Shown here piece by piece: positions 49,713 to 61,245 of a stretch of 64,000 bases of DNA. Position 1 is the first letter of the stretch; the number at the start of each line of letters is the position of its first letter. The notes under the pieces were generated by a model. It searched no databases. It was not told the DNA's origin and saw nothing but the letters and a program-made list of their open reading frames with translations. Made by a program: the position numbers and the translations under genes. Source of the stretch: Monocercomonoides exilis PA203 (lineage: Eukaryota; Protista; Preaxostyla); contig LSRY02000071.1 in the NCBI GenBank assembly GCA_001643675.2, positions 62,001-126,000 on the forward strand, given 5' to 3'.

Positions 49713-52676
49713 TTGGAGGAAAATGAAGAAGAATATTAGGAAGAAGAAGAGGAAGATAAATATGATTATGACCAAGAAGAGAAAAATTATATAAAATTTT
49801 AATTGTTGAGGAGATGCATTTGAAAATAATGACGAAGAAGAATTCGATGAAGGAAATGAAGACGATGAAGAGAATGAAGATGAAGAAGAGATAAAAAAGT
49901 TGAAGATGAAGGTGTAGAAGAGGCTTTTAAGATCTTTTATTTCGGATATTTTCTGTCGAAGATAGCTTCAAAAAAAAACCTCGTTCTCTGATTCAATGGA
50001 TAACCCTTCGATGACATAAGGCTGAAGACAAAGGTTAAATGATTCAAAGTCCATTTTGCCTATCATTTTCCTCAGCTGCCTGTATAACGCCAAACTTTCT
50101 GTTTTTCTCGTATTTTCGCCTCTCAAGCCAAGCAATGAAAAGCAGTTCCATCGCTCCCCCGGTCCATAAAAGCAATGTCTTGCCATTCACATCCCAAGAA
50201 AGTCGCCTTGTTCTGCTGCAGCTGCCTCCAAAGTTGTGTTTCAGTCATCTGCTCCAATCTCTTCAACAAATTCTTCAATATTTCCTCTTCTTCTTCAAAT
50301 AGGTTCCCTTTTCATTGAATTTGGCTGTTCTTCCTTTTTGCCTTGGATATCTTCCAACCCCGTTCATTTCTGCTCCATCAATATTCATTTTTCATCGTAT
50401 TTCCATATGCCACATGTTGAGTCCAAAATGAGTAACATAAACATTTATGATAAAATATATTCAGGCTTTAATATATTTGTAAGATAATATTTGGCTCACT
50501 TCCTCGCTGTTCTGCTCTGCAAAGAATAGATTGTCCATTTTAAATAAATCGTCTGAATCACGACTTTGGAGAGGATACGGACGGAAATATCTTCACAACA
50601 TATAGAACAATATAAAATGCATACATTGAAAATTCTTCATTTCCATCGAAAATATTGTTGCTCCACAGCATTCCATCAATCAAAATGAACAATTTCATCT
50701 TCCATCAAACAAATATTCTTTTGCAATACTCAACCCATTCGCTGGAAATATTTCACTTGGTCAATCTGCCTTTGTTTTAGCTTCGGAGTCTCACTCCGTT
50801 GGCAGTTTCTGAGCGTTTGACATTTCTTGATCATTTTCCATAACGAATTAGAGCCACAAAAGAAAAAGAGCACAACTCGATGTGTCGTGGATGAACGGGC
50901 ATATGAAGACAACGCGATTGTAAAAGAATGGATTTATGGTGTGGGGTGATGGAGTTGAGTTTTTTGAGGGAACAGGGTTTTGGAGGGGGAAGAAACGATA
51001 AAAAGATATTTTTGGAGGGAGAAAGAGGTGTTTTTGGGAGGTTTAAGAGGCATAATGGATGTTTGGGAGATGGATTGGGATGAGGTTGTGTGGGGTTGTT
51101 TTTGAGATTTTTGTGAGTTGGAAGGCGTGGAGGTCGTGTTTATTGTTGGAGAAATGGAATTTGTTGTTGAGGAGGTGGGGCGAGGGGGAAGATAAGAAGA
51201 GCGGAAGATGGGTAGAGTGAATGGAATATTTATTGGAGGAGAGGATGAGGGATGGATAGATATGTGGAGGAGGTGTTTTTTTTTTTCAAATGCAGAGAGA
51301 GAGGGGGTTCATATGGGGCAGGGCAAGAGGGAGAGTATTTGCGAACTGATGTTTGATAAGAAAGAGAAGTGGGGTTGAAGAAAAAAAAGTGAAGAAAAAT
51401 TTTCTTCATATTTTTATATAATTTATTTTGTGAACCGTTTGGCCGCGCCTCTCATTTGCAGGACAAGTGTTGGAGGCGGATGCGGAGGAAGACGGGAAGA
51501 AGGAACATCAGCGCTGGCACTTTGCATTGGAGGTGTGGAGACAGAGGAAGATGAGGAGCTGACTATGGGAGGTGTTTTGCAATGGAAAGAGACAGAAAAA
51601 GGATGGAGGTATTTATTTTTTGATTAGAGAAGGATGATGGGAAAAGGTGTTACAAGGAGTGAAAAAGAAAGGAATTTTGCAATTGTTTATGGAAGAGATG
51701 GAGGATATGTGGTGGAGGGGCGTTGTTGTTGTTTTGGAGGAAACGGAGAGAAGAAGAAGGCGATACAGCGGAAAGGGATGGGAAGGGGTTATTCAGATAG
51801 AATGCTCATGTCTTTTCATTTTTTTATAGAATGGAGTTTGTGGAGGTTATTTGAGAGAAGCAGAACAAGAAGTTGGACTTTGACTAATATTTTTTGAGGA
51901 ATTGGAGGTGAAGCGAAGACGAGACAGATGGAATCTATAGGCAGAAAGGAACGATATTTGGAGGAGGAGAAGAAAGTTTGAGAAGAATGATCATTATAAG
52001 GGTGCGTATTTATATTTTTTTAATTTTAATTTTTTATATATTTTTTATTTATGAAATTAGGTTTTTTCACAGGACTGCTCAATGGCAATGAATGAACAAG
52101 GAATATGTCAAGAGGGGATATTGGATGCATTAAAAGAAATCAGGACATAATAATTGGAGGGGAGTAATGAGAAATGAGCCGGATGAAATATCAAGGAAAC
52201 GAGAAGAAGATATTTTTATTTGAAGGTTTTGGAAGGCATTTACGATGAAACTTGTTTAAAGCGAAAAATGAGATCAAGGAATTGATGATATGGCAGAAGA
52301 AGAAATTTGAGAAAAAGTCGAGAAGAAGAAGTGGAAGATGGTGAAAAGAAAATGGTACGGGGCTTTTCATATTAATTAATTGAAATTTTTATTACAATTT
52401 TATATTTTTGTATTTTTTATAAATTTTGTTTTATTAAATATATATTTTTTTAATGATAGCAGGGGTTTTTTGCGTGAATATTCAAAATGAATGGATGCGA
52501 ATGGAACAAGGTTAGGAGCAAAAGATGGAAACAAAAGGAAAAGGAATACCGGGAAAGCAGACGATGAAGAAGGGGCGGAAGAGATTGGAAAAAGGAATCT
52601 GAGCTTATTTAGATATTTTGCTTCGTGGCGCCAAGAGGCATGAGGAAGAGAAGGAGGCAAAAAATGAAGAATTTCA

Positions 52677-54349
52677 GTGAATGAATCGCATTTCTCATCT
52701 TCAACGGCATTTCTCTCGTCACGTTCCATTCCTCTTGTATCCCTTTCCAAGCTCACTTTTTCAATATTTCAACAGCAACATCGGAATGTTCATCTCAAAC
52801 AACTACGTCAACCAAAACCTCATGTTTTATGAGCAGCTGCTCATTCTCATCAGTCTGCGATGTGTATGATGGCGGAATTGTTCGCTCCCTCAACAATCCC
52901 TTGGCCCCTCTGACTGCCTCAAACACTTCATTTATTGGGTGTTGTCGGACAAAAAACGTTGTATGTGAAGGAAATGCAGATAATAAGAAACAGCCAGAGA
53001 GACAAAGCATTACAGAAAATATAGCGAATACATTCACTTGGTGCGAGTGGAATGGATCAAAGGCTACAGGAAATGTTCAAGACGGTTCTGATAGCGGTTC
53101 GAATGGCGGTGCGATTTATATGCATAATCTTAAGTCTGGAGAAATGTTCGTTACGCATTGTGCATTCAATGACTGTTACGCAAGTTGGGATGGAGGAGCC
53201 ATCATGGCACATACAATCAAATCGGTGGACATCAGAAACAACTTTTATAATTCTTGTATTGCTCAAAATCAATTTGGCGGAGGAATGTGCGTTCATGCGA
53301 TTTCAACATGTGTTCGGATCAGCGGATGCGAATTCCAGACTTGCAAAGCAAGCAGTGGCGGGGGAGGACTTTATCTTAATGATTTTCAGGTTTCAGGAGC
53401 AGGATGCATCCCAACAGAAAATGGAGAAGGGGAGAGTGCGTGTGTGTTTGACTGCTGTTTCACTTCATGCTCAGTCACAAATTCATATGGCGGAGGCATG
53501 TATTGTCGAAGTGTGCCCGCAACAGAATTCAAAATGAGAAATATCAAATTCATATCGTGCACAGCGTTTTCGCATGGCGGGGGATTGGATTTGTTTCCAG
53601 ACAAGACTTCAGCGCCTGTCAATGATTATTATTGTTTCTTCCTTTTCTTTCACGGATGTAGATGTTCAAGAGATCAGCCTCATGGCCATGATGTATATTA
53701 TGAAGATCGATATAGCCTGTATTTATCCTCGAATAGTCCGTTCTATGAATGTTACACAACAAATACAGATGATCAGAGAGTATGCTACGGATATGATTAT
53801 ACGGATTCTAAGGGTTGGACATATCAGCACAAGGAAAAGAAGGATTGGCTGAAGGATAAGACGATTTATGTTTCTGTGAGTGGGAATGATACATCTCCAT
53901 TTTGCGGGGCAAATGGATCAAATCCGTGTCTGACAGTGAAGAAGGCGTTTGAGATGTGTGAAATACAGATAAGCTTGTCAGTCACGCTGATGGAAGGGGA
54001 TCACACAAGCGAAGCAACAACGATTGATATTGGAGAAAAGAAGATTTCAGTTATTGGAATGGGCAAAGAGAAGAGCGTGATTGGAACAGGAGCTGTTTTG
54101 CTTTTATTCTCTGCTCTGCAGTATTTTTATTCTCTTCCTTTTATTTTTTCATCTCCTTCAGACACATTTTCACCTTCTTCTTCTTCTTCATTAATATCTT
54201 CAATTTCTGTTTTAGTATCTTCAATTATATTGTCTCCATCGTCTATTTTTAATATTTTGGCTGTTGGAATTATTCGGCTGGAAGCCATGATGAGGAAAGG
54301 AAATGAACAAAATTTGGAAGCAGAAGAGGATCGATTTCATTGGTCGTGA
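52677..54349 (+). CDS. Family copy H (KDKTIYVSV-type); 1-bp T-run frameshift near 52760 relative to twin H'
   Basis: 506-aa ORF 52829-54349, plus a 5' extension seen intact in the twin at 62920. Confidence 0.75.
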
Positions 54350-54865
54350 GATGGAAAGCGGAGATGGAGAAGAAGGGTTTTGAGATTGAAATTGGAGGGA
54401 TGAGGGAATACTGGTTGGAGGAGGAGAAGAAACAACGAGGAAGAAAAAGTGTGTGAAGAAAACTCAAAATAAAAAGGTTAGCTGTATAATTTGTTTTATT
54501 TTTCTTGTACAATATTAATTCTTTGATGTTTCTGTTATATTTTTTTCATATTTTTCTTTGAACGATTTTAAATCATTTATTTTTTTATAATTATTTTATT
54601 TCAATAAGAATTTTTTGCATGAATATTCAAAAGCGAAGAATGCGAATGGAATATAGAAAGAAGGCAGCAGATTATAGTAGCCGAAAAAGAGAATTTGTTG
54701 AAGATAGATAATGAAGAATGTTTGAATGTAGTTTCCATTCAGAAGCATTGAAGAAAAAAGATGATTTTCTGCTTTTAATAGGAACCAATCGTCTCCAGCA
54801 GAAGAGGCGGGGAAAGAATCTGACTTTAGAAAATTATTTGCGGAAGGCGCCAAGAGGCAAAAAAG

Positions 54866-56532
54866 GTGTATGGTCAAAAAATCAAAAGAGAAGGAAGCGT
54901 TTCAATAAGAAAATCTCTCATCTCATCTTCTTCCTCATTCCTCTCATCGCCTTCCATCCCTTTTGTATCCCTCTCTCATTTGATATTTTTCAACATCTCA
55001 ACAGCAAATGAGGCATGCTCACCTTCAACCACTGCGTCAGCCCAAACCTCATGTTTTCTGAACAGTTGCTCTTTTTCATCAGTTTGTGATACATATGATG
55101 GCGGAATTGTCCCCTCTCTGAACAACCCCTTAGCCTCTTTGACAGCCTCAAACACCTCATTCATTGGGTGTTGTCGGACAAGAAATGTTGTATGCGAAGG
55201 AACTGCAGAGGTACCATTGAAACCAGACAGACAGAATGAAACATTCAATGGAGCGAATACATTTGTTTGGTGCGAATGGAGTAGATCGAGGACAACAGGA
55301 ACAAGCGATTCTGTTTCAGATGGAATATCGAGTGGTGGGGCTATCTGCATGTACAGCCAGACGTCAGCATCGGTGTCCGTTTCCCACTGCACTTTCAACA
55401 ACTGCTATGCGTATTATGATGGAGGAGCAATCATGTGCTATAACATCAAATCTGTTGGGGTAGTTAACAATACATTCAACTCATGCTCCACGCAAGCCTG
55501 GGCCGGAGGTGGAATGTACGCTTATGTAATTTCTTCATGTATTTGTATCGGTGAGTGTGACTTCCAGAATTGTAGAGCAAATTATTACGGAGGAGGATTA
55601 TGCCTTGATAATTTTCAGGTTACAGAAACAGGATGCATTCCAACAGAAAATGGAGGAGGGGAAAGTGCGTGTGTATTTGACTGCAGCTTCACTTCATGCT
55701 CATTGACAAACAATGGGGGTGGAGGCATGTATTGTGTAAATATCCCTTCAACTCAGTTCAAAATGAGGAGCATTCAGTTTATTTCATGTTCAGCAATGGG
55801 ATATGGAGGAGGTTTGGAATTATATCCAAATCGAGCAGCAGCACCAAATGATAAAAATTATTGTTATTTTTGTTCTTCCATGAATGCAAGTGCAGAACAA
55901 CTTCTACTCCGTATGGGCATGATGTTGAATATGTTGATACTTACAATGTCTATTTGAACTCAGGAAATCCGTTCTTTGAATGCTATACAACGAACGCAGA
56001 TGAGAAGAGAATGTGCTATGCATACAACTACTCGAATGCAGGTGCTTGGACATTTGATCAAACATCAAAAAAGGATTGGCTGAAGGATAAGACGATTTAT
56101 GTTTCTGTGAGTGGGAATGATACATCTCCATTTTGCGGGGCAAATGGATCAAATCCGTGTCTGACAGTGAAGAAGGCGTTTGAGATGTGTGAAATACAGA
56201 TAAGCTTGTCAGTCACGCTGATGGAAGGGGATCACACAAGCGAAGCAACAACGATTGATATTGGGGCAAAGAAGATTTCAGTCATTGGGAAGGGAAGGGA
56301 AGCAAGTTCGATTGGAACAGGAACACTTTCAGCAGCAGAAGCGCTGTTCAGTATGACGAGTGGCCATTTGGGAATGAGCCATTTGAAGGTTGATTGCAAC
56401 TCAACAGCAGATTTTTCTTCACCAAGCGTGGTAGTGGCATCTGATGGAGCAGGCAGAACACTTTCCCTGAAAGAATGTTTCAGGAAGAGAGTTATTTGTA
56501 TGCAGAAAACGATAGCCGAAGGATGCAAATAG
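54866..56532 (+). pseudogene. Family copy I with a T-run frameshift near 55870 (twin I' is intact)
   Basis: ORFs 54866-55957 and 55861-56532 together equal the 555-aa ORF 59062-60729. Confidence 0.75.
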
Positions 56533-59061
56533 ACATGGCTTGCAATGGCAGTGATATTTTCATCGTGCCCTGAATCAGTTCTTGTGTATGCAATTTTTCT
56601 TTCAAAAATTGTTCGAAGATATGATGCATCAGTTGATATGTGTTTCTTCTTCTTTTTTTCTTTTCTTTTGGAGGGAGGGGAATAAAAAATAAAATATTAA
56701 AAACAAAAAAAATCTAAGCTTATGGATGAATTATTTATTTTTAAAGAGGAACTGAAAAAAAAAAAAAAATAAAAACAGTTGTTGTTTGATCTTTCTCTGA
56801 ACCATTTAACTCATCAATCCCTTTTTGTCAATGATAATATTTTTATTTTTTGATTTTTGAAGAGGCTTGGAGATGTTCAAGGAGATTCAAATAAATATTA
56901 TTATTATTTTCTGAATATTGTGTTTGTTTTGCGAAGCATTTTAAGAACATTTTGTTTTGGAAGTTTGTTTTTGTTTACAGATGTGCGATTACTGGCTGAG
57001 AGTTTTTTCAGAGAAAGTTAGTTCTGATTTTTAAAAATACTTTTGAGGTTGATCCGTCACGGGCATTTATTTATTATCTATAACACACACACACACACAA
57101 CACACTCAAACAAATAGAAATCAAAAAATACAGACATTTTATAAAATGCTCATGTTTTGTGTTTTTTCTTTCCATGTTTTTTTTTTAACAAAAATCTTTA
57201 ATTCTTCAATAAATTGTGTTTTTTTCTGTGTGACTTTGTTTTATAGAAGAATTAAAAAATTTTGGAGGAAAACAAGGAATTGTGACAATTTTTCATTTTT
57301 CAGATGAAAGAGAAGAGAAGAGAAGATGAAAGTGGTTTGTTTCTTTTATTTTTCCCGACAATGAAATGTTTGTTCGAGAGATATGTGAAAATAAGAAAAT
57401 AAGGATTATCAATGGCATTGATCCGATTGAATTCATGATTTTATTCAATGGAGAATGAATCACTCAAATTTATTATTTTCTGTTGAATCCCGATAATATG
57501 GCAAAACAATGAAAATACTGATTTCAAAAAGAATCACCCATCCATTTCCTTGAGAAAACAGGAAAAAATATTGATATGGAACTCTTCCTTTGATAAGTTG
57601 TGATTCACCAAAATTATTCTTGAACAATCTTTTTGAAATTGATTGAATGAGAATATAATTTCAAAAAACAGCCCTTTGTTCCAATTTGTTTCCAATAAGT
57701 GAACAATTCCGTTTTCATTTTCCAAAGAAATATCACAATAATAAATGATCAACAAAGCCAATAAAATTCATATAAATTAACATGAATGTTTTTGCAAATA
57801 ATATCACTTATCAAAAAAGAAAGATTGGTATTTTAATTCATTTTTAATTGGAAATGTTCCTAAATCACTTTGGAAAATGAAAATGGAATTATTGACTTTT
57901 TGGAAACAAATTGGAACAAATGGTTGATTTTTGAAATTATATTCTCATTCAATCAATTTCAAAAAGATTGTTCAAGAATAATTTTGGTGAATCACAACTT
58001 ATCAAAGGAAGAGTTCCATATCAATATTTTTTCCTGTTTTCTCAAGGAAATGGATGGGTGATTCTTTTTGAAATCAGTATTTTCATTGTTTTGCCATATT
58101 ATCGGGATTCAACAGAAAATAATAAATTTGAGTGATTCATTCTCCATTGAATAAAATCATGAATTCAATCGGATCAATGCCATTGATAATCCTTATTTTC
58201 TTATTTTCACATATCTCTCGAACAAACATTTCATTGTCGGGAAAAATAAAAGAAACAAACCACTTTCATCTTCTCTTCTCTTCTCTTTCATCTGAAAAAT
58301 GAAAAATTGTCACAATTCCTTGTTTTCCTCCAAAATTTTTTAATTCTTCTATAAAACAAAGTCACACAGAAAAAAACACAATTTATTGAAGAATTAAAGA
58401 TTTTTGTTAAAAAAAAAACATGGAAAGAAAAAACACAAAACATGAGCATTTTATAAAATGTCTGTATTTTTTGATTTCTATTTGTTTGAGTGTGTTGTGT
58501 GTGTGTGTGTGTTATAGATAATAAATAAATGCCCGTGACGGATCAACCTCAAAAGTATTTTTAAAAATCAGAACTAACTTTCTCTGAAAAAACTCTCAGC
58601 CAGTAATCGCACATCTGTAAACAAAAACAAACTTCCAAAACAAAATGTTCTTAAAATGCTTCGCAAAACAAACACAATATTCAGAAAATAATAATAATAT
58701 TTATTTGAATCTCCTTGAACATCTCCAAGCCTCTTCAAAAATCAAAAAATAAAAATATTATCATTGACAAAAAGGGATTGATGAGTTAAATGGTTCAGAG
58801 AAAGATCAAACAACAACTGTTTTTATTTTTTTTTTTTTTTCAGTTCCTCTTTAAAAATAAATAATTCATCCATAAGCTTAGATTTTTTTTGTTTTTAATA
58901 TTTTATTTTTATTCCCCTCCCTCCAAAAGAAAAGAAAAAAAGAAGAAGAAACACATATCAACTGATGCATCATATCTTCGAACAATTTTTGAAAGAAAAA
59001 TTGCATACACAAGAACTGATTCAGGGCACGATGAAAATATCACTGCCATTGCAAGCCATGT

Positions 59062-60729
59062 CTATTTGCATCCTTCGGCTATCGTTTTCTGCATACAAAT
59101 AACTCTCTTCCTGAAACATTCTTTCAGGGAAAGTGTTCTGCCTGCTCCATCAGATGCCACTACCACGCTTGGTGAAGAAAAATCTGCTGTTGAGTTGCAA
59201 TCAACCTTCAAATGGCTCATTCCCAAATGGCCACTCGTCATACTGAACAGCGCTTCTGCTGCTGAAAGTGTTCCTGTTCCAATCGAACTTGCTTCCCTTC
59301 CCTTCCCAATGACTGAAATCTTCTTTGCCCCAATATCAATCGTTGTTGCTTCGCTTGTGTGATCCCCTTCCATCAGCGTGACTGACAAGCTTATCTGTAT
59401 TTCACACATCTCAAACGCCTTCTTCACTGTCAGACACGGATTTGATCCATTTGCCCCGCAAAATGGAGATGTATCATTCCCACTCACAGAAACATAAATC
59501 GTCTTATCCTTCAGCCAATCCTTTTTTGATGTTTGATCAAATGTCCAAGCACCTGCATTCGAGTAGTTGTATGCATAGCACATTCTCTTCTCATCTGCGT
59601 TCGTTGTATAGCATTCAAAGAACGGATTTCCTGAGTTCAAATAGACATTGTAAGTATCAACATATTCAACATCATGCCCATACGGAGTAGAAGTTGTTCT
59701 GCACTTGCATTCATGGAAGAACAAAAAATAACAATAATTTTTATCATTTGGTGCTGCTGCTCGATTTGGATATAATTCCAAACCTCCTCCATATCCCATT
59801 GCTGAACATGAAATAAACTGAATGCTCCTCATTTTGAACTGAGTTGAAGGGATATTTACACAATACATGCCTCCACCCCCATTGTTTGTCAATGAGCATG
59901 AAGTGAAGCTGCAGTCAAATACACACGCACTTTCCCCTCCTCCATTTTCTGTTGGAATGCATCCTGTTTCTGTAACCTGAAAATTATCAAGGCATAATCC
60001 TCCTCCGTAATAATTTGCTCTACAATTCTGGAAGTCACACTCACCGATACAAATACATGAAGAAATTACATAAGCGTACATTCCACCTCCGGCCCAGGCT
60101 TGCGTGGAGCATGAGTTGAATGTATTGTTAACTACCCCAACAGATTTGATGTTATAGCACATGATTGCTCCTCCATCATAATACGCATAGCAGTTGTTGA
60201 AAGTGCAGTGGGAAACGGACACCGATGCTGACGTCTGGCTGTACATGCAGATAGCCCCACCACTCGATATTCCATCTGAAACAGAATCGCTTGTTCCTGT
60301 TGTCCTCGATCTACTCCATTCGCACCAAACAAATGTATTCGCTCCATTGAATGTTTCATTCTGTCTGTCTGGTTTCAATGGTACCTCTGCAGTTCCTTCG
60401 CATACAACATTTCTTGTCCGACAACACCCAATGAATGAGGTGTTTGAGGCTGTCAAAGAGGCTAAGGGGTTGTTCAGAGAGGGGACAATTCCGCCATCAT
60501 ATGTATCACAAACTGATGAAAAAGAGCAACTGTTCAGAAAACATGAGGTTTGGGCTGACGCAGTGGTTGAAGGTGAGCATGCCTCATTTGCTGTTGAGAT
60601 GTTGAAAAATATCAAATGAGAGAGGGATACAAAAGGGATGGAAGGCGATGAGAGGAATGAGGAAGAAGATGAGATGAGAGATTTTCTTATTGAAACGCTT
60701 CCTTCTCTTTTGATTTTTTGACCATACAC
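59062..60729 (-). CDS. Family copy I' (intact twin of I)
   Basis: 555-aa ORF with all motifs. Confidence 0.78.
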   Translation of the reverse strand: MYGQKIKREGSVSIRKSLISSSSSFLSSPSIPFVSLSHLIFFNISTANEACSPSTTASAQTSCFLNSCSFSSVCDTYDGGIVPSLNNPLASLTASNTSFIGCCRTRNVVCEGTAEVPLKPDRQNETFNGANTFVWCEWSRSRTTGTSDSVSDGISSGGAICMYSQTSASVSVSHCTFNNCYAYYDGGAIMCYNIKSVGVVNNTFNSCSTQAWAGGGMYAYVISSCICIGECDFQNCRANYYGGGLCLDNFQVTETGCIPTENGGGESACVFDCSFTSCSLTNNGGGGMYCVNIPSTQFKMRSIQFISCSAMGYGGGLELYPNRAAAPNDKNYCYFLFFHECKCRTTSTPYGHDVEYVDTYNVYLNSGNPFFECYTTNADEKRMCYAYNYSNAGAWTFDQTSKKDWLKDKTIYVSVSGNDTSPFCGANGSNPCLTVKKAFEMCEIQISLSVTLMEGDHTSEATTIDIGAKKISVIGKGREASSIGTGTLSAAEALFSMTSGHLGMSHLKVDCNSTADFSSPSVVVASDGAGRTLSLKECFRKRVICMQKTIAEGCK

Positions 60730-61245
60730 CTTTTTTGCCTCTTGGCGCCTTCCGCAAATAATTTTCTAAAGTCAGATTCTTTCCCCGCCTCTTCTGCTGG
60801 AGACGATTGGTTCCTATTAAAAGCAGAAAATCATCTTTTTTCTTCAATGCTTCTGAATGGAAACTACATTCAAACATTCTTCATTATCTATCTTCAACAA
60901 ATTCTCTTTTTCGGCTACTATAATCTGCTGCCTTCTTTCTATATTCCATTCGCATTCTTCGCTTTTGAATATTCATGCAAAAAATTCTTATTGAAATAAA
61001 ATAATTATAAAAAAATAAATGATTTAAAATCGTTCAAAGAAAAATATGAAAAAAATATAACAGAAACATCAAAGAATTAATATTGTACAAGAAAAATAAA
61101 ACAAATTATACAGCTAACCTTTTTATTTTGAGTTTTCTTCACACACTTTTTCTTCCTCGTTGTTTCTTCTCCTCCTCCAACCAGTATTCCCTCATCCCTC
61201 CAATTTCAATCTCAAAACCCTTCTTCTCCATCTCCGCTTTCCATC

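Noticed and set aside
37039-56532. Programmed phase variation by homopolymer frameshifts in twin genes
   Set aside because: The same 1-bp indels occur throughout non-coding arm DNA and in short runs, so sequencing error is the simpler explanation.
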